From the IMG/VR virus record IMGVR_UViG_3300029305_002203, positions 31,565-95,564 of that record: 64,000 nucleotides of DNA; one strand, written 5' to 3'. The translations under genes were made by a program, and so were the position numbers. Position 1 is the first letter of the stretch; each line of letters opens with the position of its first letter. Below the pieces are notes generated by a model, which made no database searches, was not told the DNA's origin, and saw nothing but the letters and a program-made list of their open reading frames with translations. Source of the stretch: a virus (taxonomy: Duplodnaviria; Caudoviricetes). Positions 28,647 through 39,700 of the stretch are shown here, one piece after another.

Positions 28647-30266
28647 TTATCCCTCCTCCTTTGTTATTAAAAATAAAGGATAGAATCTCGACATTGTAAT
28701 AGAAGTAGTACAAGACTCCATCTCATTAGATATGCTTTTAACTATATATTGATGAACAGTATCATCTTGTTGTTTTTGATATTCTACTTTTGTGTTTGTG
28801 TCTAAAAATGGTATCATTTTTGTTGCAATCGTTACCGTATCAAAAACAGAAGAAGATTGTTTGTTGTAATATTTTGCGTTTTCTATTGCTACTGAATCAG
28901 ATAAAATATTATCCCATTCATCACCATATTTAACATCTAACACTTCTCCAATTTTCTGTACAGCAAAAGGACTATCTGGTTCAACTCTTAATACTACATT
29001 TCTTTCATCACAATTATACTTATTAGCAAAATATGAAATAGTATATTTAGAATCATCTGCATTATTAGTCAATGCACAAAGAGCATGAGGTTGATATTGC
29101 CCTAAGTAATAAGCAACCAATTTTGTTCCTTGTTGTGCTATTTTAAATACATAAGTTTTAGCAGACTCAATTGTACCCGGCTCAATACTTTCCTCTGTAA
29201 ATTCTTTGTAGATTGGCAATACATCTAATTCATTAATTTGAAATTTCATATTTGTAATGTTAGTAGATGGTGAAACAAATCCAATATAATCTCCGACATC
29301 ATATCCTTCATAATCCTCTAATGTAAGTACATAGGTATCATTATTTGTCGTACAATCTGTACAATATCTATCCACTTCATATGATTTGCCAAAAACTTCT
29401 GTAACATTTTTAATGGTATCAATCGAATATGTTACATTTTCGGTTGATTCAGCTAACAATATTTGTTGTAAATAATCATTATCTAAAATCACTGAATCAT
29501 TTTCTCTTGAAGGAATCATATTAAAACAAAAATGTCCGTATATATCAAAATACATCTCGTAATTTGGATAGAGATTTTTAATCTCTTCGAAAATTTCTGA
29601 GATGTAAGCACCTACACTATATTCTAAATCATAAGGAAGTTGATTCCATAATGGTTGCAGCTTTCTATATTCTTCATAATTTTCATTGAATTCCGGTAAT
29701 GCCTTTGGTTCTCCAACATCGCTAATGATATAATCTGTAATTCCAGCTAATTCTTTTAGAATATCTTCGGTAAGTTTCTTAATAATTACAGGATTTCCGT
29801 CTTTGTCATAATTCGGAATGTCAATAATTGGAGCACCACCTAATTGCCCATTTCTTGTGCCATTAAAAATAGAGTACCAATCGGACAGATTAAGAGTAAG
29901 AGAGTTATCAATAGCACTATATACAGTATTAGCTTCAGTGATTAAATAATAACCACAATCAAACCATTTATAGTCATCATCTCTTAAACTATATATACCT
30001 ATTTGTAATAAAAAATTATATCCAATCCAAGAAAATAATCTTGTTTCAATAGAAAGCTCTGAATAATATGTGTCTAACAACAGTGTGAGAGAAGTGGTTC
30101 TTCTTATATCTGAATCAGGATCAACTGCATATGAACCTATATTTGAAATACCAACTAATTCATCAATATAATTTCTATTATTGTCTAAAACAATTAATTT
30201 ATATTTATAATCTACGGACGGTTGTGTTATTAAAAGTTTATCATCTTCTGTAATGAGATAATACAT
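28647..30266 (-). CDS. module A baseplate hub/Tal-like protein
   Basis: SDIRRT, LSDW..FNGTRNG, YEMYFDIYG, IPFLD. Confidence 0.7.
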   Translation of the reverse strand: MYYLITEDDKLLITQPSVDYKYKLIVLDNNRNYIDELVGISNIGSYAVDPDSDIRRTTSLTLLLDTYYSELSIETRLFSWIGYNFLLQIGIYSLRDDDYKWFDCGYYLITEANTVYSAIDNSLTLNLSDWYSIFNGTRNGQLGGAPIIDIPNYDKDGNPVIIKKLTEDILKELAGITDYIISDVGEPKALPEFNENYEEYRKLQPLWNQLPYDLEYSVGAYISEIFEEIKNLYPNYEMYFDIYGHFCFNMIPSRENDSVILDNDYLQQILLAESTENVTYSIDTIKNVTEVFGKSYEVDRYCTDCTTNNDTYVLTLEDYEGYDVGDYIGFVSPSTNITNMKFQINELDVLPIYKEFTEESIEPGTIESAKTYVFKIAQQGTKLVAYYLGQYQPHALCALTNNADDSKYTISYFANKYNCDERNVVLRVEPDSPFAVQKIGEVLDVKYGDEWDNILSDSVAIENAKYYNKQSSSVFDTVTIATKMIPFLDTNTKVEYQKQQDDTVHQYIVKSISNEMESCTTSITMSRFYPLFLITKEEG

Positions 30267-30267
30267 A

Positions 30268-31179
30268 TTACCACCAGCCCGAACCTACATTGGTTAAACC
30301 TGCGTTATACATTGTTTTCATATCATTATAATCGCCAATTTCAACCCATTCAAAGGTAATATCTCTAACATCACGATGACCACCGTGAGAATCTGTTGGC
30401 ATACCAGTAACTCTTATCAACCACATCCGTCCATCATCAATTTTAAGAATTAAAGGTTTATGTTTTGCCAATCTGTTTTTTAAATCATTTCTATATTGGA
30501 GACTTGCTGCTCTGTCTAATTCTGTATGTGTTACATCATCCATTTTTAAAAATGTTCCCGTAATTGAACCACTATCACAGTTAACAGAAGAGTTTGACAC
30601 AACATTCATATATTGATTATTAAGTAATCCTAATGATTGATTTTGTATATTTCTCGTAGTGTTGCATCCATCTACATTATAAACAGTTCCATATATAGAA
30701 TCTTTATCTGCAATATAAAATCCAGCAAATTCTGAATATACTTCTCCAATAATATAACTATTTTCTACACCGTTCATATAAGAAGAAATGCAGTATTCGT
30801 AATTTGTTTCTGACTTTGCAAAACTATCTCTAAATGTAAAAGAAAAGTCACCTATATCATTTATCTTTTTGACAAAAATAGTATTCCAATTAATTTCTCC
30901 CTTTTCACGTCTGCGAATTGCAATATATTCTGTGATGGTTAAATTAAAACCAGTGTTACCTGCTTCTAAACTACCTTTCGTAAAATTCGCATATGCTTGT
31001 GTATAATCAGTCCACTGGTCAGAATTTAAAACATCTGTTGTTTCATCAGAAGAAGATGAAAGATATAAGCGTCTATAAGTACCTTCGTATAATGTCATTT
31101 CGTCTATTGATTCTTTTGGTGTAGGTGGAGAAAGTAAAGAACGTTTTCCACTACAAAAAGTTGTACCTAAAAATAACAT
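30268..31179 (-). CDS. module A distal-tail-like protein
   Basis: MLFLG, LKIDDGRMW, WVEIGD, MYNAGL. Confidence 0.65.
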   Translation of the reverse strand: MLFLGTTFCSGKRSLLSPPTPKESIDEMTLYEGTYRRLYLSSSSDETTDVLNSDQWTDYTQAYANFTKGSLEAGNTGFNLTITEYIAIRRREKGEINWNTIFVKKINDIGDFSFTFRDSFAKSETNYEYCISSYMNGVENSYIIGEVYSEFAGFYIADKDSIYGTVYNVDGCNTTRNIQNQSLGLLNNQYMNVVSNSSVNCDSGSITGTFLKMDDVTHTELDRAASLQYRNDLKNRLAKHKPLILKIDDGRMWLIRVTGMPTDSHGGHRDVRDITFEWVEIGDYNDMKTMYNAGLTNVGSGWW

Positions 31180-31194
31180 GCTTTATTCCTCCTT

Positions 31195-32271
31195 TTATAA
31201 ATCTTTATATGAAATATTGAAATAATAATAATCACCATATCTCTTTATTTCAAAAACCATGCTTTTTCCAGAAACATAAATTTGTCCATTCTCATATGTT
31301 GCATCCGGAATTAATATATATTGATTATGGTCAGTATTTTTAACATTAAATCTACAATAATAATCTCCACATACATCAACAATACTTAAAGAATAAGTAT
31401 TATCTTTTGTGGAGAAAAACTTTTTCACAGGAAGTTTGACTGCCTCTATATATAATGCAAAATCATTTTCTACCAAAAAACCATCATTATAAGTTATACT
31501 ATTGTCATCAGAAATAATTAAAGCATTATCATCTAATGAATAATTGCCATTCTTAATTTCATATCCAATAACTTTAAGACTAACTGAAACTGTAATGTAA
31601 CCATTACAATAATTATTTTCTAATTGCAAAGTTACATTATTTGGAGGTATTGTTTCGTAATTGACATGAATTTGTATATACCCTGTGTCTAATGGCATTC
31701 CATGAACAGTTTCTCCAATCGCTCGAAAACTATAATACCCATCATTATTCATTTTATAAAAACTATATGTCATTGAAGTTGTAGAATAAGATGTGTTTGA
31801 AGAATTGATAAGAGCACCATTAACATCATATTGCAAAAATTGAAAACTTTTAATGGATTCATTTTCTTTTTGAGAATAGTTTAAACTTAAGGTGATATCA
31901 GAACCATTGTATTCCGAACCATCTACAATTTCATTAAATGAAAATGTTGGTGTCGAAAAACAATAGAAGAGTACAGGGTCAGATAATGAACTCTGTTTTT
32001 CAACCGTTCCAGTTTCTGATATGTATAATACTTGAATTTGAATTAAGTATTGATTCCCCGGTTCCAAAATATCTTTATAAATAGTATATGTTGTTCCACC
32101 AATGATACGAGTTTCATCAACAACTGTTTGTCCAGTTAAATTATCCACAATGACAGCACGTATTCTATTATGTTGTTCTCCAGCATACACAAAATTTATT
32201 TCATTATTATATTTTGGATCAAATGGGATAATCGCATTAATCATTGGAGTTGGTAACATTTTAATTGCCAT
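31195..32271 (-). CDS. module A Ig/FN3-like tail-tip protein
   Basis: PFD, SDPVLFYCFSTPTF, GETVHG. Confidence 0.65.
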   Translation of the reverse strand: MAIKMLPTPMINAIIPFDPKYNNEINFVYAGEQHNRIRAVIVDNLTGQTVVDETRIIGGTTYTIYKDILEPGNQYLIQIQVLYISETGTVEKQSSLSDPVLFYCFSTPTFSFNEIVDGSEYNGSDITLSLNYSQKENESIKSFQFLQYDVNGALINSSNTSYSTTSMTYSFYKMNNDGYYSFRAIGETVHGMPLDTGYIQIHVNYETIPPNNVTLQLENNYCNGYITVSVSLKVIGYEIKNGNYSLDDNALIISDDNSITYNDGFLVENDFALYIEAVKLPVKKFFSTKDNTYSLSIVDVCGDYYCRFNVKNTDHNQYILIPDATYENGQIYVSGKSMVFEIKRYGDYYYFNISYKDL

Positions 32272-32307
32272 ATTCCCTCCTTTCTAACAAATGTTTTATT
32301 CAAACAT

Positions 32308-32412
32308 CTATTCTTCATCTAATATTTTTTGAACAGCTTCTCTTAAATTTTTAGGTACATCATCAATAGTTTTAAGTCCTTTTTTAATTAAATTTGCATA
32401 GATTTTTGCCAT
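32308..32412 (-). CDS. 34-aa CD1375/XkdX-like tail-fibre-associated protein (not in ORF track)
   Basis: MAKIYANLIKKGLKTIDDVPKNLREAVQKILDEE; GGAGG RBS. Confidence 0.8.
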   Translation of the reverse strand: MAKIYANLIKKGLKTIDDVPKNLREAVQKILDEE

Positions 32413-32414
32413 AA

Positions 32415-32783
32415 TTAAATTCCTCCTAATATAGACTCATAAATCTCGGTTAAAGCAAGTTCGATATTAGTAATTGCATCTTCTGTATTTAAAATACTTT
32501 CATAGTTCTCGGCAGTAGCTAATTGAGTATCTAAAATGTCACTTGCATTTGTTTCATTCCCTTGTCCCAAACTATCTATATGTTCAATAATACGGCTATC
32601 AACATAAGGAGTTAACATTGTTACATGACCGTTATTTACTTTAACTTTGTAGCAACAAATCTTTGCAATAGACCAGTTAGAAAAAGGGTTGTTTTCATCT
32701 AAGATTTCTAACTCTGTTAGAGTTGTATCTGATGTAGTATTAACATCTTTTATTTCATTTTTCTCATTAACATAAACTTTCAT
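32415..32783 (-). CDS. tail-fibre chaperone-like protein
   Basis: C-terminal 'ELALTEIYE' typical of genes preceding CD1375-like ORFs. Confidence 0.6.
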   Translation of the reverse strand: MKVYVNEKNEIKDVNTTSDTTLTELEILDENNPFSNWSIAKICCYKVKVNNGHVTMLTPYVDSRIIEHIDSLGQGNETNASDILDTQLATAENYESILNTEDAITNIELALTEIYESILGGI

Positions 32784-32796
32784 AAGTATACCTCCA

Positions 32797-35700
32797 CTAT
32801 TTCAACCAGATTTTAGTAATGTTTAAATTATTATTGCTATCTGTCATTGTTACTACATCATTAAACTTGTCAAATGCTACCATTTTACCTTCACCTATGG
32901 AGGTGGTTACTGAGGACAGAAACAACCATGAACTAATTTGACTACTACCATTTCGCCAATGTTTTAAACCAACATAATAACTACCTGCTACAGTTGAAAT
33001 GTCAACTTCGATAGTTTTTTCAAGAACTCCTTCTAAAACAGTTGCTCCTAATACTTTATAGTCAGTAACATCAATAGTATTTTCGGTAACAATAGTAGTA
33101 CTTGTTTCTCCTGCCGTAATGTTTGTAGAAATATAAGTGTCATTAAATATTGCATCTTTATCAGTATATGCTGAACTTCCATCATTACCATTGATAATGT
33201 TACTAACAACATCTGTGTTTATAACGCCTTCTTTATAAATATAAGTAGCATATAATCCTACATACTTCCAATTATCCCAGGTATTATTATCATCATCAAA
33301 AACTTGAAAGCAGTCATATCCTTTATGATATCTAACAGATGAAGGACTATCACTATATCCTAGTATGTGATATTCAGAATTTGTAGACTCGCCCACTAGA
33401 GTCATTATAACTACAGTATTGCTATAAACAGTGTCATAATCGTTGTAAATGGCTATCTCTTCACCACCATTTATAGATAAAAATGGAGCACATTGATGAC
33501 TTATACCATCAATAAATCTAATAGCAATTATATTACCAACTGCATTTTCATACCCTGGTATGGTTACATATTTAATATCCTCATCTCTTCCTGTATCACA
33601 CTCTGCATACCATATTGAAGGGAGTTTATCATATGACAACACTTCAAAAGCAGAATCTTTTTCTAATAAAGTAACTTTTGTATTTGCTGGAATTGTTTGA
33701 ATACCATTAATAACTTTTTGTCCATTGTCATTTATTTTTAAATAAATTGAAGATGTGCGAGTATTTACAAGATTTGTAAATTTAACAGTTATAACATTAC
33801 CTGCAGAAGAAATATAATCTGATGATAAAGTTATTGTTTTTATATAATTAGTAGCTTCGGTATTGCATGTTGTATACCAATGGTTTGATGCACATGCTTG
33901 CGTACTTTCAGAACCACCACCAGAACCACTTCCTTCTTTGTAGTAGGGAACACCCGAAATAATAGGGCAAGCCGTATACCCATCACTTGATGTTACAGTT
34001 GATGTTGTTTTAACTCCACCAAGAGTGCTTGATGCTATGGGCAATGTGTAGTTATTTGCACCTTCTTCAATACCTTCTAGCTTAGTTCTTTCTGCACTTG
34101 TAATGTGTTTTACAGTATCAGATATGTGCTCTACTGCATTATTCCATGCAGTAATTAAAGCAGAAGTAATACCATCTAATATAGATTTATTTGAATGAGT
34201 ATGTCTGGCCTCTGTATTTGCTTGTACCTCTACAGTTTGGTCTAATAAAACGCCAACATCAGTTTCTATTACCGTAACTCTATTATCAAAATCACCTATA
34301 TGGCTTCCTAAGTCATAATATACTTTTCCAATTTCATCTGAAATATTGTCTAACTGTTCCTGAATATTTTCTTTAGTACCAACAAGATAATTAACTTCCT
34401 CAGTTGTAGCAGTAACTCCAAGATTAACATCACCAACTAATGTACCATTTACATTGTAAAAATTAACCTTTTCTCCTTCAACTCTAGAAATAACATTTGC
34501 ATGCGTTAATCCATCATCAGAACATACACTTGGTTCTTTAAGATATAAAGTACCATTTCTTGTAATACCCCAACCTATAATTAATACCGTTGCATCTCCC
34601 GGTGCGGTTAATGATACTTCTTTTAATTCCCAGTTGTTATCGCCAATCATAGTGATTGGTCTATTATCAATTAATATTGTTTCACCGCCAGCATTCTTCC
34701 ATGCTATATACCATAATAATCCAGTACTGTCATTTTCAGTTCTTGCATCTGTTTTTAGCCATGCAGAAACACTAAATTTTTCTCCTGGCGAAATAGTTAT
34801 ATTGCTTGCCCAAATACCACGATATACATCTGTGGTGGCATCATATTGACTGATTTTAATATAATTAGGATTATCTTCAAATAATTCAAAAGTTCCTTCA
34901 TAATACCATCCGTCAGAACTCGGTACGAGAGTTGTACCACCTGATGCTTCAACAAAATAAGGATTGTATACTAAGTTTTCTAAGTTTACACCAATCTCAA
35001 CACCCTTTATAATAACACCAGAAGTTTGATTGAAGATTTCTCGTCCTTCACGACACATCGTTATCAAAGTATCTGATTCAAACTGTACTAAATCGTTACC
35101 GCCAGAAATCTCATGAAGTACTGTACTCTTGTTAATGTTATATCCACCTTCAAATTTTGCAGATCCTTTTACATATATTTGATCATAGTTAGCTTCATTC
35201 CAACAATTCTTAAAACATATATTTTGACAATCAATAGCAACAATAGCTCTCTCATTATATTCAAATACCGAGTTCCAAATAGTACTTTCAAAAAGAGCGT
35301 TTGCATAAAATCCTGCAATTAAATTACCCACAAACTGACATGCAATATATACGTCACCACTGGCAGACCATTTACCAACGGTATCTTCTTCGAGAGGATA
35401 GTACTTAACACCATACTCTGTATTATCCATAAAATGACATCTTGTAATATATCTGTTCCAACCTGCATATAAGAATAAACCGGTTTTAAAATATTTAATA
35501 TCTAAGTTTGTCAACTCAACACGTTGAGAGGCATCATACTGTGTTCCGTTGGGTTTTGTATAATGTAAAACAATACCATTGGATTGAGAACAGTTGTATC
35601 TATCAACACCACCAGTTATTGTAAAATTAAATAATCTACAATTATCTGAAACAATAACAAAACAAGCATTGCTTTCCTCATACCATTCTTGGTCATATTT

Positions 35701-36180
35701 TGTTTCTTCATGATATTCACCCTGGAACAAAATAATAGACTCATCTTGAGATGCACCTACAATATTAACAGGTTTATCAATTATAATTCGTTCTTTAATT
35801 AAGAAAGTACCTTTGTTTATATATAAAGTTTGTCCATTAGTAATAGCACGTTGCAGTGCTGTCTTAAAACATTCAGTATCATCTGTAACACCATCACCGA
35901 CACAACCACAAGACACTAAATTAATAGAATCAATATATGGTTTATTTTTAATATATGCATCAGAATTTTCATCTGTTTCATGCCAATCGCTTTGTACATT
36001 TTTTTCTGCATCAATTGGAGCGTGTTCGGAAATACTATGAGTATAAGCAGAGTTCCAATCCGTTACATTACTAAGTATATCTCCAACTTTATTCCCATCA
36101 GATGTAAATACAGCATCAGCATGACCATAAGGGTATATCTTATTTCCCTCTTTATCCGTTAAAAAGTATGCTTTACTCAT
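32797..36180 (-). CDS. module A tailspike/fibre: pectate-lyase-like beta-helix, CBM-like domain, fibre repeats
   Basis: GCVGDGVTDDTECF..GTFL beta-helix start; NLVYNPYF..W CBM-like; HTHSNKSILD, KLEGIEEGANNYTLP..LGGVK fibre motifs. Confidence 0.8.
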   Translation of the reverse strand: MSKAYFLTDKEGNKIYPYGHADAVFTSDGNKVGDILSNVTDWNSAYTHSISEHAPIDAEKNVQSDWHETDENSDAYIKNKPYIDSINLVSCGCVGDGVTDDTECFKTALQRAITNGQTLYINKGTFLIKERIIIDKPVNIVGASQDESIILFQGEYHEETKYDQEWYEESNACFVIVSDNCRLFNFTITGGVDRYNCSQSNGIVLHYTKPNGTQYDASQRVELTNLDIKYFKTGLFLYAGWNRYITRCHFMDNTEYGVKYYPLEEDTVGKWSASGDVYIACQFVGNLIAGFYANALFESTIWNSVFEYNERAIVAIDCQNICFKNCWNEANYDQIYVKGSAKFEGGYNINKSTVLHEISGGNDLVQFESDTLITMCREGREIFNQTSGVIIKGVEIGVNLENLVYNPYFVEASGGTTLVPSSDGWYYEGTFELFEDNPNYIKISQYDATTDVYRGIWASNITISPGEKFSVSAWLKTDARTENDSTGLLWYIAWKNAGGETILIDNRPITMIGDNNWELKEVSLTAPGDATVLIIGWGITRNGTLYLKEPSVCSDDGLTHANVISRVEGEKVNFYNVNGTLVGDVNLGVTATTEEVNYLVGTKENIQEQLDNISDEIGKVYYDLGSHIGDFDNRVTVIETDVGVLLDQTVEVQANTEARHTHSNKSILDGITSALITAWNNAVEHISDTVKHITSAERTKLEGIEEGANNYTLPIASSTLGGVKTTSTVTSSDGYTACPIISGVPYYKEGSGSGGGSESTQACASNHWYTTCNTEATNYIKTITLSSDYISSAGNVITVKFTNLVNTRTSSIYLKINDNGQKVINGIQTIPANTKVTLLEKDSAFEVLSYDKLPSIWYAECDTGRDEDIKYVTIPGYENAVGNIIAIRFIDGISHQCAPFLSINGGEEIAIYNDYDTVYSNTVVIMTLVGESTNSEYHILGYSDSPSSVRYHKGYDCFQVFDDDNNTWDNWKYVGLYATYIYKEGVINTDVVSNIINGNDGSSAYTDKDAIFNDTYISTNITAGETSTTIVTENTIDVTDYKVLGATVLEGVLEKTIEVDISTVAGSYYVGLKHWRNGSSQISSWLFLSSVTTSIGEGKMVAFDKFNDVVTMTDSNNNLNITKIWLK

Positions 36181-36256
36181 TCGTTTTTTCCTTTCTTTTT
36201 CATTGGTTATCTATAAATAAAATCCCACTTTTATTTAGGAGTAATATACTAAATTA

Positions 36257-36697
36257 TTAACTCTCTAATGGTTCAAATGTTACATCATTAGAAAGTGCCA
36301 CAGAACCTTCAAATTCCTCAATTGCTATTTTTAAAGATTCTATATCTTCAGTATTTTTATTAACTTCTGTTCTTAATTCACTAACAATCTCAGCTAATTC
36401 ATCTATACTTCCCGCAGACGGTTTCCTCCATTTGTTTACACCACATATAAACATATTTCTTATAATTCCACTAGGTATATTTACCCAAACAGATTGTCCC
36501 GGAGATAGAAGAGTGCCTAATGCATTCGGAACATTGTACATTTGTCCTAAATAATTAATACCATATGTTCCATCAGAATTTACTTTCCATACAGTAGTTT
36601 TGAATGTTTTATCATACTTTAAATTTTTTGTTTTTGTATCAGTGATATATACCATTTTTTTAATAAGCATATCTATAGCTTTATTATTTAGATTCAT
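36257..36697 (-). CDS. module A small tail-tip protein
   Basis: KYDKTF..VWVNIP; ATG after GAGGTG RBS. Confidence 0.65.
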   Translation of the reverse strand: MNLNNKAIDMLIKKMVYITDTKTKNLKYDKTFKTTVWKVNSDGTYGINYLGQMYNVPNALGTLLSPGQSVWVNIPSGIIRNMFICGVNKWRKPSAGSIDELAEIVSELRTEVNKNTEDIESLKIAIEEFEGSVALSNDVTFEPLES

Positions 36698-36716
36698 CTT
36701 TATCACCTCATTTAAT

Positions 36717-36748
36717 AAGAAGGTCACAGATTTCTCCATGACCTTCTT
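36717..36748 (-). terminator. hairpin after TMP exon A
   Basis: AAGAAGGTCA...TGACCTTCTT. Confidence 0.55.
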
Positions 36749-36756
36749 TTAAAAGT

Positions 36757-39700
36757 TTATCGTTTATTTATTGCTTGAATAATTTTACCGGGGAACTGAT
36801 TTATAATTGCTTTGCTAAATGTATCTACATCATTGACTTCATGTAAATGAATATCTCCAATAGACAATGTAATATTGTTTGTATTTGTAGTACCAGTAAC
36901 CGGAATCTTAAATAAATTATCGAAGAATTTATTATTTGTTAAAGTAGGTATTAACTTATCTGAAAAAGCTATTAGCTTCTCAAAGTTTTTGTTCTGATAA
37001 GGTGTGAGGATTCGTTCTCCATTTTGTACTGCAACAAGTTGATCTTCACCAACAGCTTCAGCAAGAGAGGAGAGTAGAGAATCTTCTTTTTTACCAACTA
37101 CACCACCTTTGGCATTGATTGGAATTTTGATAGTTGTTACTTTAATATCTTCCTTATGATAACCATTATCTTCTGCATATTCTATAGCATCAGATCTACT
37201 ATCGAAGACTTCATTGCCAACAGTATATCTTGTTACTTTTTTATATTTTGTAGAGTCATCAGGATTACTACCTTTAGAACCACTGTTAGAACCTTTCCCT
37301 GAACCGCTACTAGAACCTTTTCCAGCAAGCATTTTTTCTGCATCTAACGCAGCTTCTGCAGCTTTAACTGCAGCATCTGCCATTTCTTGTTGAATACGAA
37401 TATACTCATTCTTAAAGTTTTCAAGTACATCTTGACGTGTAGCAAGAATGTTTGCTTCCCATTCTGCACCAAGAATTTGCACAGCCAACATTTCGTTTTG
37501 GGCTTCCTCATATTCTTCAGAAACTCGTTCCCATTGCTCAATGTATTCTTGCAAATGTTCGATTTGCTCATCAATGTGCTTGGTAGCATCTTCCATTTCT
37601 TTCTCAAGTGCTTCGATTTGCTCTTCAAGTCGAGAGATATTCATTTGAAGTTCTTTATCTGCAAGCTCATCTTCAGCATCACGAATAGCTTCATCATCAG
37701 CAGTGTAAATGAAGTTGTCGCCAGTATACAATCTTTTCGTTCTTTGATTTCTTGCCTTTTCGGCATTATATCTAGCTCGTTCTAATTCCTCTAAATCTTT
37801 CTTTTTCTGTGCTTCTTTTTCAAGCAATTCGATTTCTTCTTGAAGCTTATCAATCTGTAATTGATATGTTTCTTCAATGGTTTCTTTTTGTTTTTCTAAT
37901 TGCTCAATTTGTTTCTCAAGCTTATTAGTTACAGCAGAAATTACTCGATCATATATTGACAACTGATTTTCATAGGTTGCTTCTAAGTAAGAGTAGTAGT
38001 CCTCTGCTTTGATTTTACCTTCTGCATAATATTGTTCGATTAAATCAAGACGCTTTCCAAGATACGTATCGAAATCTATTAATCCTGCATCTAATTGTTT
38101 TTCAAGAAGTGTAATCTCTTTATCAAGAAGATTTTTCCAATCATACTCTGAGCCAGAACTACTTCCGGAATTACTACCAAGAGAATCTAATGTAATATTA
38201 GCAACCAATGCATTTATCTTATCGATATCTGCGTATGCTTTTTTAGTAACTGCATCAACATCTACGTCACTGCCAAACATATCAATTGCCCATGCTTCAA
38301 TTTTTGACTTTGCAAGATGTTCATAACTGTCAGCTAATTCATAATTAGTAGAGGCTAAATAATCTGCGGCCATTTGCTCATTTGTAATACTGGTTACATT
38401 ATCAATGATACCGTTTATCATTTGAGCTTTCATCTCTACAATACGAGATTGGGCAAGGTCATACATTGCTTGCTCGTTTAATCCGAGTTGACCCTCTTCA
38501 AGAGTTAAATAATCTAAGAAGTCATCACCTTGTTCTACAATTTCTTGAAATTGATCAATGGTAATATGTCCATTATTATTATAAGTATCAATAGCATCAG
38601 ATAAAGTTTGATATGCAGATTGAATTTTATCAAGTTCATCATTAAGTTTACCTAATGTATTTAATTCTCCGTTTGCATTTTCGAGAGCAAAGATATCCGG
38701 AAATGTTTTATCCACAGTAATTTGGATATTTGCTTTTTCTTGTAATTCTTTAACCCATTTTTCCATATCATCGGCAGTACCCTCTTTTACATAATCAGGT
38801 ACTTCCACATCAATAATTAATGTTTGGGTTTCTGCATCAAGAGACTTATAATAATCTATTTTTTCTTCCGAATACTCAGAATCTTCTGGAGCAAAATTAT
38901 ATACTAAATCTGCTTGGTTATACAATTCCTGAATTAAATCTTTAAATTCAATTCCTGCTTTCTTACAAGCATTTTTTAAGCTATCAATTAATGATGAACC
39001 GAATTTTTCTTCAAGTGATTTAGTATCCATTTCTCCACCGTCAATGAAGTAATTAACAATATCTTGTTGAAGGTTTTCTAATCCTTCTTCATCAAAAACA
39101 GGAGTTATAATAAATTTATTATATTCACTATCAGAATAAATGGCTTTATGCATTTTATCTAGTTGCTTAGATACTTGATTAAACCACGATTTATCTTCAT
39201 CTGTCATCTTTGACATATCATTATCATAATATGATAATAAAACATCTTGATAACTTTTTAATTTAGAAATGGCATCATATTGTGCTTGCGTAACATTTTC
39301 AACTTCTTCATATGCAGAACCATTAGAAGTAACATGAAATGCACTACTTGCTTCACCTAATAAATCTTCGGGGTCAGATTTAAACTTTTTGTATGCTTCA
39401 TCGTTAGCAGTTTTAATTAATTTCTCTTGAAGTGCAATAGATTTTTCGAGTTCTATTCTTTGACTTTTTAATAAGTTTAATTGTTCTTTATCAGTAAAAG
39501 TAAGAACACCTTTTGATTGTAATTCTTCAATTTGTGAATCAATATTCTCTAGTTCTTTTTTAAATCCTTCAAGTTTTTCTTTGTTTTCAGAAATATCATC
39601 GGTTAATTCTTTGATTTTGTCTGCCAATTTTTCTGCATTATGAACATTTAAATCAATAACAACTGCTAATGCAGTAAATGTAGTAATCGCCAAAGTAACC

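Noticed and set aside
26288-36180. Diversity-generating retroelement acting on tail fibres
   Set aside because: No reverse transcriptase and no template/variable repeat pair noticed in this window
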